This document shows positions 37,660 to 47,778 of a DNA stretch of 64,000 nucleotides, piece after piece; the first letter of the stretch is position 1, and each line of letters starts with the position of its first letter. The translations under genes were made by a program, and so were the position numbers. The notes under the pieces were generated by a model. The model was given only the letters and a program-made list of their open reading frames with translations. It did no database searches and was not told where the DNA came from. This DNA comes from Faecousia sp. (GTDB taxonomy: Bacteria > Bacillota > Clostridia > Oscillospirales > Oscillospiraceae): contig JAZRMV010000009.1 of the NCBI GenBank assembly GCA_045647845.1, positions 24,489-88,488 on the forward strand. The letters run 5' to 3'.

Positions 37660-38736
37660 TTAATTTGCGTTAGTAAGGATCTGACCCACCACAGTACCGA
37701 TCACCTGCGCCATTCGGTAGAATCCCAGGTCGTTGGGGTGGGTCCCGTCGACAGTGCAGTCATAGTGGTTTTCGTCACCGAACAGGGAATAACCGTCGAT
37801 AAAATACACATTCTGATCATCGCTTGCCAATGCTTGTTCATATGTGCTGCGAATGATCTGCCGACGCTCTAAATCCTCTTGATGATCCAGCCGGATATCC
37901 GGTTTTGAAATCATAATTATAGGAAGTTGGGGCTTACATTCGCGAATGATCCGGTATGCCCGGGGGTGGGTCTGCCGCAGATGCTCCACTGAATAAGCGT
38001 TGTGGTCATAATCCAGAACGAACACGGAGGTGTCCAGTTCGGCTAAATAATGAAGGATATTTTCTTCACCGCAGCCACCGCTGGAATATCCGAAATTCAA
38101 AAAATCGGTGTCGAACATTCTGGAAATCATGGCGGGGTAGCAGTTACCGGGACGGGAGGCGCAGCCGCCCTGGGTGATGGAAGAACCATAGTAAAGTACC
38201 GGTTTTTCATAAGTGTAAGAAGATCCGCTGAGAATCTGTGCATCATCTTCCAAGCCGATGTACAAATCTGTCAGATCGTTGTACAGAGGAAAATTGATTA
38301 CAATATCCTTCATTTCCCGGTTTCCAAAGTGACGAATGGACTCGAATTCGTCCTGCATCTGCATGGGCGGAATGAAAGAATTATTGTATATCTGCTTTCC
38401 GTCCTTGTAAATGTACAGATCAAATCCGGTACTTCCGGTAAAAGGCATATGAGAAAAATGGGTGATCGTAGGCATAATTGCTTTGATCGCCACGTATTCG
38501 GAATCTGTTTTAAAACGCACCCGTGCACCGGAGGTGTTGGTTGACAAACTGCTGACCTGAATGTTCACTGCATCAGATAGTTCTTTCGGCAGCCTGCGAA
38601 AGGGTTTCTCCGTCGGATCGACCAGTCCATAAATTTGGAACGGTGCTTTGCGTACATCGTAAAATGTAAGGTTTTCCGCCTCGATTTTTGTTTCTACAGA
38701 AAGACGCTTATCCAGCGCTCCAATGTCTTTTTTCAT
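37660..38736 (-). CDS. SGNH/GDSL hydrolase
   Basis: YGSSITQG and DGTHPNDLG. Confidence 0.88.
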   Translation of the reverse strand: MKKDIGALDKRLSVETKIEAENLTFYDVRKAPFQIYGLVDPTEKPFRRLPKELSDAVNIQVSSLSTNTSGARVRFKTDSEYVAIKAIMPTITHFSHMPFTGSTGFDLYIYKDGKQIYNNSFIPPMQMQDEFESIRHFGNREMKDIVINFPLYNDLTDLYIGLEDDAQILSGSSYTYEKPVLYYGSSITQGGCASRPGNCYPAMISRMFDTDFLNFGYSSGGCGEENILHYLAELDTSVFVLDYDHNAYSVEHLRQTHPRAYRIIRECKPQLPIIMISKPDIRLDHQEDLERRQIIRSTYEQALASDDQNVYFIDGYSLFGDENHYDCTVDGTHPNDLGFYRMAQVIGTVVGQILTNAN

Positions 38737-38881
38737 GGCAATTCACCCTTCTCGTTGGTAGGTTAACGATAGCATAGAAATGACCCATTTGCAAGCAGAA
38801 TATTTACCGGTTTGCGGGTTTTTATACGGAATTCACTTGACAAAATGTTTAAGTTTCGTTAGAATAACACTCGATAACGCA

Positions 38882-39100
38882 TAGATGGCGAGGTTTTACT
38901 GTAAGCGCCTTACAGAGAGCATGCGGTGGTGCGAGCATGCAGGCTTGGCAGTAAATGGTCGCGCCGGAGTGGATTGCTTGAAAGTGAAGTAGAGCAGTAC
39001 GGGTAAGCCCGTTATAGCGAAAGAGTGTCCGGCTTGTCCGGAAATTCAGGTGGTACCGCGGATTTTTTCGCCCTGAGTCATGGGACTCAGGGCGTTTTTT
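38882..39100 (+). promoter_or_regulatory. T-box leader (Val, specifier GTC)
   Basis: AGAGA/GGTGCGA stem I, CAGGTGGTACCGCG and terminator CGCCCTGAGTC/GACTCAGGGCG-T6; TTGACA-N17-TAGAAT upstream. Confidence 0.92.
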
Positions 39101-39118
39101 CATGAAAGGAGAATGATT

Positions 39119-41761
39119 ATGGCAAGAGAACTTCCGAAGGTGTATGAACCCCAACAAGTGGAATCTGAAATTTATAAAATGTGGCAAGACGGTGGCTATT
39201 TCCGTCCTCAGGGTAAGGAGGGCGCAAAGCCCTTTACCATTGTTATGCCGCCTCCCAATGTTACCGGCCAGCTGCACATGGGTCATGCCATGGACGCAAC
39301 CTTACAGGATACTTTGATTCGTTTCAAGCGGATGCAGGGTTATGATGCTTTGTGGGTGCCCGGTGTGGACCATGCAGGTATCGCAACGCAGATCAAGGTG
39401 GAAGAGGAACTTCGTAAAGAGGGTTTGACCCGTTACGATCTGGGTCGTGAAAAGTTCCTGGAACGGGTCTGGGACTGGAAGCATAAGTATGGCAACCGCA
39501 TTGTGGAACAGCAGAAAAAGCTGGGCGCGTCCTGCGATTGGGACCGTGCTGCTTTTACTATGGACGAAGGTTGTTCCAAGGCTGTGCGCGAGGTGTTCGT
39601 TTCTTTGTATGAAAAGGGCTTGATCTATAAGGGCAGTCGTATTATCAACTGGTGCCCTCACTGTGTGACTGCTCTTTCCGATGCAGAGGTGGAATATGTG
39701 GACAAGCCGGGTCATCTGTGGCATATCCGTTATCCCTTGGCAGACGGCAGCGGTGAAGTGGTGGTAGCCACTACGCGTCCTGAAACCATGCTGGGTGATA
39801 CCGGTGTTTGCGTCAACCCCAACGATGAGCGTTACCAGTCTATTGTTGGCAAGACGGTAATCCTGCCGCTGGTGAACAAGGAAATCCCCATCGTTGCCGA
39901 TGATTATGCGGAGATGGAATTTGGCACCGGCTGCGTGAAGATGACACCTGCTCATGACCCTAACGACTTTGAAGTGGGCTTGCGGCACAATCTTGAAGTG
40001 ATCCGCGTGCTGGACGACAATGGTGTTGTCAATGCCCTTGGCGGCAAGTATGAGGGACTGGATCGCTACGACGCCAGAAAGCAGATCGTTGCCGATCTGG
40101 AAGATGGCGGCTATCTGGTCAAGATCGAAGATCATGCCCATAACGTGGGTACTTGCTACCGCTGCCATAATGACGTGGAGCCGATCATCTCTGCCCAGTG
40201 GTTTGTGAAGATGAAGACCTTGGCAGACGAGGCAATCGCCTGCGTGAACGAGGGCAAGACCAAGTTTGTGCCCGAGCGTTTTACCAAGAATTATATGAAC
40301 TGGATGAGCAACATCCGTGATTGGTGCATTTCCCGTCAGCTTTGGTGGGGTCACCAGATCCCGGTCTGGTACTGCGACGACTGCGGTCACATGACCTGCT
40401 CCCGGGAAGATCCCACCGTCTGTGAAAAGTGCGGCAGCGCGCACATTCAGAGAGATCCGGACGTGTTGGATACCTGGTTCAGCTCCGCATTGTGGCCCTT
40501 TGAGACCCTTGGCTGGCCCAATGAGGAAGCTGCCGACTTAAAGCGCTATTATCCCACAGATGTGCTGGTTACGGGTTATGATATTATCACTTTCTGGGTC
40601 TCCAGAATGATCGTTTCCGGCCTTGAACATACAGATAAAGCGCCTTTCCACACGGTTTTGATCCATGGCCTTGTGCGCGATAACCAGGGACGGAAGATGA
40701 GTAAGTCATTGGGCAACGGCATCGATCCTCTTGAAATGATCGAAAAGTACGGCTGCGATGCGCTGCGCATGAACATGGTTACCGGCAATTCTCCCGGAAA
40801 CGATATGCGTTTTTATGTGGAGCGCTGCGAGGCAATGCGTAACTTTGCCAATAAACTGTGGAACGCCAGCCGTTATGTGCTGATGAATCTTGCCCCCGAG
40901 GCGAAGAATGAATTGCCCGGCTTGGAATCTTTGGAAATTGCGGATAAATGGGTGCTTTCCAAGCTCAACACTTTGATCGCCGAGGTCACAGAGAATCTGG
41001 AAAAATATGAGCTTGGTGTTGCTGTGCAGAAGATCTATGATTTCGTTTGGGATATCTACTGCGACTGGTATATTGAAATGACAAAGGCAAGACTCTTCTC
41101 CGATGATGAGAGCCGGAAGCAGACTGCCATTGGCGTTCTTGTGTATGTGCTGGATCAGATCCTGCGGCTGCTGCATCCGTTCATGCCCTTCATCACGGAG
41201 GAAATCTGGCAGTCCATTCCCCATGAGGGTGATGCGCTGATCGTAGCCAAGTGGCCGGAGACTTCTGAAAGATTGTCCTTTAAGACCGAGTGTGACCAGA
41301 TGGAGTCTGTTATGAACGCCATTCGCGCCATTCGGAATCGTCGTACGGAAATGAACGTGCCTCCGTCCAAAAAGGCGGCGCTGTATGTGCTCACTGCAAA
41401 GCCCCAGATCTTCAAAGAAGGCGAGGGCTTCCTGCAACGGCTTGCTTATGCGGACGAAGTTACTTTGCTGGACGCAGAGCCGGAAAGCCTGGACGGTGTA
41501 GTTACCATCAACACCGCTGACGCAAAGCTTTATATCCCCATGGGTCAGCTGGTTGACGTGGAAAAGGAAATGACCAGAATTTCCAAGGAGTTGGACAGCA
41601 ACCGTAAATTCCTTGCTTCCTTGGAAGGAAAGCTTTCCAATGAAAACTTTGTTTCTCGTGCGCCCGAAGCTGTCGTCAATGCGGAAAAGGAGAAAGCTGC
41701 AAAGACCAGAGAATTGATCGCACAGTTGGAACAGAGTCTGGATGCTCTGAAAAAGCTGTAA
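39119..41761 (+). CDS. valS: Valyl-tRNA synthetase
   Basis: PPPNVTGQLHMGH, DWCISRQLWWGH, KMSKS and C-terminal coiled coil. Confidence 0.98.
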   Translation: MARELPKVYEPQQVESEIYKMWQDGGYFRPQGKEGAKPFTIVMPPPNVTGQLHMGHAMDATLQDTLIRFKRMQGYDALWVPGVDHAGIATQIKVEEELRKEGLTRYDLGREKFLERVWDWKHKYGNRIVEQQKKLGASCDWDRAAFTMDEGCSKAVREVFVSLYEKGLIYKGSRIINWCPHCVTALSDAEVEYVDKPGHLWHIRYPLADGSGEVVVATTRPETMLGDTGVCVNPNDERYQSIVGKTVILPLVNKEIPIVADDYAEMEFGTGCVKMTPAHDPNDFEVGLRHNLEVIRVLDDNGVVNALGGKYEGLDRYDARKQIVADLEDGGYLVKIEDHAHNVGTCYRCHNDVEPIISAQWFVKMKTLADEAIACVNEGKTKFVPERFTKNYMNWMSNIRDWCISRQLWWGHQIPVWYCDDCGHMTCSREDPTVCEKCGSAHIQRDPDVLDTWFSSALWPFETLGWPNEEAADLKRYYPTDVLVTGYDIITFWVSRMIVSGLEHTDKAPFHTVLIHGLVRDNQGRKMSKSLGNGIDPLEMIEKYGCDALRMNMVTGNSPGNDMRFYVERCEAMRNFANKLWNASRYVLMNLAPEAKNELPGLESLEIADKWVLSKLNTLIAEVTENLEKYELGVAVQKIYDFVWDIYCDWYIEMTKARLFSDDESRKQTAIGVLVYVLDQILRLLHPFMPFITEEIWQSIPHEGDALIVAKWPETSERLSFKTECDQMESVMNAIRAIRNRRTEMNVPPSKKAALYVLTAKPQIFKEGEGFLQRLAYADEVTLLDAEPESLDGVVTINTADAKLYIPMGQLVDVEKEMTRISKELDSNRKFLASLEGKLSNENFVSRAPEAVVNAEKEKAAKTRELIAQLEQSLDALKKL

Positions 41762-41840
41762 TAATTTGCGGTGCAGGTAGTTTTGCCTGCACCGCATTTC
41801 TATGTAAAAGGGCCTGCTGAAATTCAGCAGGCCCTTTTTG

Positions 41841-42782
41841 TTAACTCTCTCTTGTGTGAGATTCAATCATGAATCCGTTTTCGGTCAGCACAAGATAAAT
41901 ATTGTTGTAGTTGAGCGGTACCATGTCGTAATCAGATACAAAATAACGAAGCTTGTAGTGGGTGTCGTCGATCTTTTCGTAGCTGTCCATGATCTTCATG
42001 TAGTCGCCGCCGTATGCGCCGATTTTGAGTACCAGCTGGTGATTTTCCTCTACATAATATATTTCCTCATGATATTCAAGCAGATCCAGATAATTAAAGG
42101 TTTTGCCCAAATATGTAGAAGTGAACGCATCAAGGTCATCAATGTTGTAAATCTTGGTAACCATACCGGTTTCCGGATCCCAGTGGAAGAATACAGATCC
42201 TGCGCCATTACAAGCCCATTCAAAGATCTGGTCAACGGTTAGTTCGTCCACAGATTCAAAACGGGGAAGTCCGTTAATAATCAGTTCGCTCAGTCGCGCC
42301 ATTTCCTGATCTACGGTGAGTTTATCCAGCCATTTGCCATCTGTATCATCACAATTTTTACATTCACGCGTAGCGGTTCCTTTGGTGGTGAATGTGGACT
42401 CTACCAGCGTTACCCATTCGTTCCAGTCATGACCTGTGGCATCAATACTTTCGCTGTACCTGTCACCGCATTCACACTCGAAAATTTTCTCGCCCTTTTG
42501 CTTACATTTAGGCGCGATGGTTTCCACAATGTTATAGACATGATCGTGCGGATCAGAAGGCTCAGAAGGATCGGAAGGCTCAGAAGGATCAGAAGGATCG
42601 GAAGGATCAGAAGGATCGGAAGGATCGGAAGGATCGGATGGATTGGAGTTGCCGGTGGGATCGGAATTGACCGAGGACCCGGTGGGATCGGATGTTGCAG
42701 AATTATCGGTACCGGGCAGGTCGCAGGCGGCGAGACAGAGCGTCAGCGCCAGGATCAAAGAAAATACGATAATCTTTTTCAT
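41841..42782 (-). CDS. Hypothetical lipoprotein with Pro-Ser-Asp repeats and Cys/His repeats
   Basis: Lipobox LAAC, (PSD/PSE)n linker and H..C..G..C.CG repeats. Confidence 0.8.
   Translation of the reverse strand: MKKIIVFSLILALTLCLAACDLPGTDNSATSDPTGSSVNSDPTGNSNPSDPSDPSDPSDPSDPSDPSEPSDPSEPSDPHDHVYNIVETIAPKCKQKGEKIFECECGDRYSESIDATGHDWNEWVTLVESTFTTKGTATRECKNCDDTDGKWLDKLTVDQEMARLSELIINGLPRFESVDELTVDQIFEWACNGAGSVFFHWDPETGMVTKIYNIDDLDAFTSTYLGKTFNYLDLLEYHEEIYYVEENHQLVLKIGAYGGDYMKIMDSYEKIDDTHYKLRYFVSDYDMVPLNYNNIYLVLTENGFMIESHTRES
42550..42642. repeat. Coding 9-bp tandem repeat (about 10 units)
   Basis: GGATC(A/G)GAA and GGCTCAGAA units encoding PSD/PSE on the minus strand. Confidence 0.9.
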
Positions 42783-42934
42783 AACGAAGCTCCTTTTATG
42801 AGTGTTGTATCAATTTTAACACGTAATTGTTATGAAATCAAGGAAATAATCTGTGATCGCATACGGATTCCGACAGACATTTTAACAAATAGAAAATTAT
42901 ACTGATATACAGTTTTATACCAAGGAGGGGTAAT

Positions 42935-43252
42935 ATGCAATTTACCAGCTTTCTGGAAAATGGCAGGTTAACGGTGGTTTTAACCGGGGAGATCGATCAC
43001 CATTGCGCCAGAAATTACATTCAAGGCATTGCAGGAAAAATCGAAGCTTATACACCGGAGGTGTGCGTTCTGGATTTCGGAGAGGTTGGTTTTGTGGATT
43101 CTTCCGGAGTCGCTGTGGTCATTAATGCCTTGCGCTATATGACCCAGATCGGGGGCAAATTGATGCTTTCCAGAATTTCTGAGCAGCCGATGCGGGTGTT
43201 CAGAACGGCCGGAATTGATAAATTGGTGGAAATTAAGGAGGCGGTTTCATGA
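42935..43252 (+). CDS. spoIIAA: Anti-anti-sigma F factor
   Basis: GEIDHH and FVDSSG (STAS domain); first gene of the spoIIA operon. Confidence 0.93.
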   Translation: MQFTSFLENGRLTVVLTGEIDHHCARNYIQGIAGKIEAYTPEVCVLDFGEVGFVDSSGVAVVINALRYMTQIGGKLMLSRISEQPMRVFRTAGIDKLVEIKEAVS

Positions 43253-43680
43253 AATTCAACAACTACATGATTTTGGAGTTTCCCAGTAAATCCTGTAACG
43301 AGGCATTTGCCCGTTCTGCGGTGGCGTGTTTTGCAGCCCAGCTAGATCCTACGTTAGAAGAACTGGGAGATATCAGAACTGCCGTATCCGAAGCGGTGAC
43401 GAACTGCATCGTCCATGCTTATCCCAATGATTATGGGGTCGTTACGGTTCGCTGTCGGATTCTGAAAGACCAGGTGCTGGATATCGTGATCAAGGATACC
43501 GGCGTGGGCATCGGTGACATTGAGCAAGCCCGTCGCCCAATGTTTACCACCGGAGGCTCTGAGCGCAGCGGTATGGGCATTACCATTATGGAAAGCTTCA
43601 TGACAACTTTTGATATTTCTTCCACTCCGGGCAAGGGTACGACGGTACATATGCGCCGGAAAATTCAGCGAAGAAAATGA
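43249..43680 (+). CDS. spoIIAB: Anti-sigma F factor
   Basis: NEAFAR, SEAVTN..VHAY and ERSGMG. Confidence 0.95.
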   Translation: MKFNNYMILEFPSKSCNEAFARSAVACFAAQLDPTLEELGDIRTAVSEAVTNCIVHAYPNDYGVVTVRCRILKDQVLDIVIKDTGVGIGDIEQARRPMFTTGGSERSGMGITIMESFMTTFDISSTPGKGTTVHMRRKIQRRK

Positions 43681-44381
43681 CGAAGCAGGAGGAGCTGATC
43701 CGACGGTCACAGTCCGGAGACAAAGAAGCAGGGGAAAGACTTCTGACGGAAAATTCCGGTTTGATCTGGTCGGTTGCAAAGCGTTTTATCGGTCGCGGTA
43801 CGGATACAGATGATCTGTTTCAACTGGGTTGCCTTGGCTTCTTAAAGGCGGTTGAAGGTTTTGATCCGGAATATGGCACGATGTTTTCGACCTATGCAGT
43901 GCCGAAGATCGCAGGGGAGATCCGACGTTTTTTGCGCGATGATGGCACGATTAAAGTGTCCCGGACGCTGAAAGAGCAATCTGCGACCATTAAGGCGGTG
44001 AGAAGTCAGCTGACCCATAAGTTGGGCAGAGAGCCGACTGTGAATGAGATCTCGGAGCAGATCGGCATTTCCCCGGAAGAAATTGCAGTAGCCGAAACGG
44101 CAACTGCCGCCACAGAATCCATTCAGCGGGAAAACGGGGACGACGGTTTCAGCTTGGAAAATGTGTTGTCAGATACAGAATCAGAGGAACTTTTAGTGGA
44201 GAAAATTTCCTTACGGCAAGCCATAGACAAGCTGCCGGAACGAGAATGCCTTGTGATCAAACTTCGCTATTTCCACGGACTGACTCAGGAACGTGTCTCA
44301 AAGGTTTTGAATGTCAGCCAGGTGCAGGTCTCGCGAATCGAGAAAAAGGCACTGCAAAGTTTGAAAAGCTTTCTGCAATAA
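43677..44381 (+). CDS. sigF: Forespore sigma factor F
   Basis: DLFQLG, FSTYAVP, RRFLRDDG.IKVSR and SQVQVSRIEK; third gene of spoIIA. Confidence 0.93.
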   Translation: MTKQEELIRRSQSGDKEAGERLLTENSGLIWSVAKRFIGRGTDTDDLFQLGCLGFLKAVEGFDPEYGTMFSTYAVPKIAGEIRRFLRDDGTIKVSRTLKEQSATIKAVRSQLTHKLGREPTVNEISEQIGISPEEIAVAETATAATESIQRENGDDGFSLENVLSDTESEELLVEKISLRQAIDKLPERECLVIKLRYFHGLTQERVSKVLNVSQVQVSRIEKKALQSLKSFLQ

Positions 44382-44414
44382 AAATATCGGTAGGAAATCC
44401 TACCGATATTTTCG

Positions 44415-45299
44415 TTATCTGGATTTTCTCGGAGAGCATTGACTCAAAAGTACAGCGATAAACACCAATACGCAACCGATACCTTCCCATTGGCTGAGGC
44501 TTTCGCCCAGAAGCAGCCAACCAAACAATACCGCAAAAACAGATTCCATGCTCATCAGAAGTGATGCGGTGGTGGGCTCTAAATGCTTCTGTCCGATCAC
44601 TTGCAGGGAATATGCCACACCGGTGGAAAGAATACCCGCATAGCACAGCGGCAGCCAGCAGTCCAAAATATTGGGCAGTTTCGGTGTTTCCGTAAAGATC
44701 ATGAAAATAGCGGAAAGAACGGCTGCAACAAGGCTCTGGATACAGTTAAATCGCAGGCAATCCACCTTTGAAGCGTTTTGATCCACAATTGTGATCTGGA
44801 AGGAAAAAGCAACAGCGCAGCCGATCAGCAGAATATCACCGGAGTTGATGCTGTCGACACCTACACAGCTGAGTAAGTATAGGCCGATCACTGCGACAAA
44901 CACGCTGATGATTGGTGCGATACCCGGCTTTTTGCCATAAAACAGACCGATAAACGGAACGATGACGATGTACATTGCTGTGATAAAACCGGCTTTTCCC
45001 GCTGATGTGTCAACCAGGCCGATCTGCTGTAAGGCGGTCGCAATGAATAGAAAAATTCCGCACAAAATGCCGGATCGCCAAAGCTGGGAATCGCGCCATT
45101 TCATTATAAAATCTCCCCGTTCGTTTCTGTCCAGCAGATAGATCATGGGAATCATGAATAAAATCGCCAGCAGTCCGCGTACCGCCAGGAATGTAAAGGG
45201 CTGAATATAGTCCATGCCGGCGCTTTGCGCAACAAACGTGCTGCCCCAAATCACCGTGGCGAGCAGAATATATATGGTTCCTTTTGCTTTGCTTCTCAT
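44415..45299 (-). CDS. DMT/EamA-family transporter
   Basis: IWGSTF, two EamA repeats and about 10 TM segments. Confidence 0.9.
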   Translation of the reverse strand: MRSKAKGTIYILLATVIWGSTFVAQSAGMDYIQPFTFLAVRGLLAILFMIPMIYLLDRNERGDFIMKWRDSQLWRSGILCGIFLFIATALQQIGLVDTSAGKAGFITAMYIVIVPFIGLFYGKKPGIAPIISVFVAVIGLYLLSCVGVDSINSGDILLIGCAVAFSFQITIVDQNASKVDCLRFNCIQSLVAAVLSAIFMIFTETPKLPNILDCWLPLCYAGILSTGVAYSLQVIGQKHLEPTTASLLMSMESVFAVLFGWLLLGESLSQWEGIGCVLVFIAVLLSQCSPRKSR

Positions 45300-45400
45300 A
45301 ATATCACCGAGGGTTACTTTATCATAGCAATGTTTGAAAAGCAACATTGATTTTTTGATTGTGTGTGTTATAATAAAACAAAAAACTTGGAGGTACTATC

Positions 45401-47206
45401 ATGGAAACTGCAAAGAAAATTCCCCAGCGCAGCGAAATTCCCGTTGAGGATCGTTGGGCAACGGAAGACCTTTACATCAGCGACGAAGCTTGGGAAGCCG
45501 AATTGGCAACCCTGGAAGAAGATAAGGCAAAGCTTGCCGCCTATGCCGGAAAGCTGGGTCAGTCCGGTGAGACATTGTATGGTTATCTTCGCTATGTGGA
45601 AGATCTTGGCGTGAAGTTCTCCCGCCTTGCCAATTACTGCATGCGTAAGGCTGACGAGGATACCCGTAATTCCACCTATCAAGGCATGTCCGGTAAATTT
45701 ATGGGCGTCGCTGTTGGTATCAGCGCTGTTCGCAGCTTTGAAACGCCGGAGATCATGTCCATTTCTGACGAGACCTTGGACGGCTTCTATGCGGAGTATC
45801 CGGATCTGGAACGGTTCCGTCGTTACCTGTCTGATATGCGCCGTCAGCGCTCTCACGTGCTCTCTGCGGCAGAAGAAAAGCTTTTGGCTGCTGCCGGTGA
45901 GATGGCAAATGCACCCGATGATATCTACGGTATGCTGGCAGATGCGGATATGACCTTTGAGGATGCACAGGATGCCCAGGGTAACCGCCATCCTCTGCGC
46001 CAGGGCAACTTCGTTTCCTACGAGGAAAGCCCCGACCGTCAGCTGCGTAAGAGCGCTTATGAGAATCTGTACGGCAGCTTTGCAAAGTTCAAGAATACTG
46101 CTGCTGCGTTGCTGAATGCCCAGAATAAGCAGCTGAAATTCTACGCAGAGGCAAGAAAGTACAATTCTGCCTTTGAAGCTGCGCTGGATGGTACAAATGT
46201 TCCCACCTCTGTGTATCTGAATCTGATCGATGCAGTGCATAAGAACATGGATAAAATGCACCGCTATGTTCGTCTTCGCAAAAAACTTCTGAATGTTGAC
46301 GAACTGCATTTTTATGATATCTATGCACCGCTTCTTTCCGATGTGGACAAGCACATTCCCTTTGCTGATGCAAAGCAGACTGTCTACGATTCTCTTGCGC
46401 CTTTGGGTGAGAAGTACCGTGGAATCCTGAAAGAGGGCTTTGAAAATCGCTGGATCGACGTCTACACCAATGAGGGCAAGCGCAGCGGCGCATATTCTGC
46501 CGGCGCAGAGGTACACCCCTTTGTTCTTTTGAATTATACCGGTACTCTGGACAGCCAGTTTACCCTTGCCCATGAAATGGGTCACGCACTTCATTCCTAT
46601 CTTTCCAACAAGACCCAGAACCCGGTGGACAGCCGTTATGTGATCTTTGTTGCGGAAGTAGCATCTACCTGCAACGAAGCGCTGTTGATGGAATATCTGC
46701 TTTCAAAGACCACAGATAAGAAGGAGCGGGCATTCCTGATCAATCACTTCCTGGAACAGTTTAAGGGCACTCTTTTCCGCCAGACTATGTTTGCGGAATT
46801 TGAATTAAACATCGGCAAGATGGTCGCCGAGGGCAAGACACTGACTGCTGACGTGCTTTGCGCAGAATATAAGCGCTTGAACGAGCTTTATTTCGGACCT
46901 GACATGGTGGTAGACGACCAGATCGCAGTGGAATGGGCGCGGATTCCTCATTTCTACATGGACTACTATGTATTCCAGTATGCCACCGGTTATTCTGCTG
47001 CCATCGCGTTGTCCCGCAAGATCCTCTCTGAGGGCGAGAGCGCTGTCAATGACTATCTGACCTTCTTGTCCGGTGGCTGCTCCAAGAGCCCCATCGATCT
47101 TTTGAAGGGTGCGGGCGTGGACATGACCAGTCCCGAGCCGGTGGATCAGGCATTGCAGTTGTTTGGCGAATTGCTTGATGAGATGGAAGCTCTGACGGAG
47201 GAGTAA
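45401..47206 (+). CDS. pepF: Oligoendopeptidase F
   Basis: GKRSGAYS, HEMGHALH, AEVAS and RIPHFY. Confidence 0.96.
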   Translation: METAKKIPQRSEIPVEDRWATEDLYISDEAWEAELATLEEDKAKLAAYAGKLGQSGETLYGYLRYVEDLGVKFSRLANYCMRKADEDTRNSTYQGMSGKFMGVAVGISAVRSFETPEIMSISDETLDGFYAEYPDLERFRRYLSDMRRQRSHVLSAAEEKLLAAAGEMANAPDDIYGMLADADMTFEDAQDAQGNRHPLRQGNFVSYEESPDRQLRKSAYENLYGSFAKFKNTAAALLNAQNKQLKFYAEARKYNSAFEAALDGTNVPTSVYLNLIDAVHKNMDKMHRYVRLRKKLLNVDELHFYDIYAPLLSDVDKHIPFADAKQTVYDSLAPLGEKYRGILKEGFENRWIDVYTNEGKRSGAYSAGAEVHPFVLLNYTGTLDSQFTLAHEMGHALHSYLSNKTQNPVDSRYVIFVAEVASTCNEALLMEYLLSKTTDKKERAFLINHFLEQFKGTLFRQTMFAEFELNIGKMVAEGKTLTADVLCAEYKRLNELYFGPDMVVDDQIAVEWARIPHFYMDYYVFQYATGYSAAIALSRKILSEGESAVNDYLTFLSGGCSKSPIDLLKGAGVDMTSPEPVDQALQLFGELLDEMEALTEE

Positions 47207-47475
47207 TGGACGAAAAGATTTTTCTGCCGGTGCTCCATTGGTTTGATGCCAGCAATGAATTTACCGGTTCTTGCGGTGAATTCCGGTTTAAGGTTACGCC
47301 CAATGTGGTCATGGCGACCGGCAAGGAAGTGGACTTTGCCAGCAGTACTTTGGTCGCTGAGTTTTGGCACGGACCTTTCTGCTACGAACTGAGTCAGGTG
47401 GAAGGGAAAAAGGAATTTCCCATGAGCGAAACCGGAAAAGGGGAACTTCGCCTTTGGCTGGAAGAAAATATCTAA
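47206..47475 (+). CDS. Hypothetical protein, 89 aa
   Basis: Translationally coupled to pepF (TAATG) with a GGAGG RBS. Confidence 0.75.
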   Translation: MDEKIFLPVLHWFDASNEFTGSCGEFRFKVTPNVVMATGKEVDFASSTLVAEFWHGPFCYELSQVEGKKEFPMSETGKGELRLWLEENI

Positions 47476-47549
47476 ACTTTTTCCGGAAAACGGGAAAAAC
47501 CATTGACAATTTCCAAGTTTGTGGTAAAATACTGTCGATATGTAAAGAC

Positions 47550-47755
47550 TATAAGCAAACCAAACAGAGCACGGCTTATTCTAGCGAGAGGGGAATGGTG
47601 AAAGCCCTTATAAGCATGCCTGCCCGCCACTTGCTTCGTCGCCCGGGAGGACCGGGACGGGCGCTCCCGTTACAGAGCATCTAAGATGTCCGTTTTCGGA
47701 TAAATTAGGGTGGTACCGCGATTAACCTCGCCCCTAAAATAGGGGCGAGGTGTTT
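47550..47755 (+). promoter_or_regulatory. T-box leader (Ala, probable specifier GCC)
   Basis: CGAGAG/GGTGAAA stem I, AGGGTGGTACCGCG and terminator CCTCGCCCCTA/TAGGGGCGAGG; TTGACA-N17-TAAAAT upstream. Confidence 0.88.
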
Positions 47756-47778
47756 ATTTTTATGATGGAGGTCATAGT

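Noticed and set aside
42838-42900. SigmaH promoter and Spo0A boxes for spoIIA
   Set aside because: Only a one-mismatch TCCGACA box and poor AGGA/GAAT spacing; the region also fits the divergent lipoprotein promoter.
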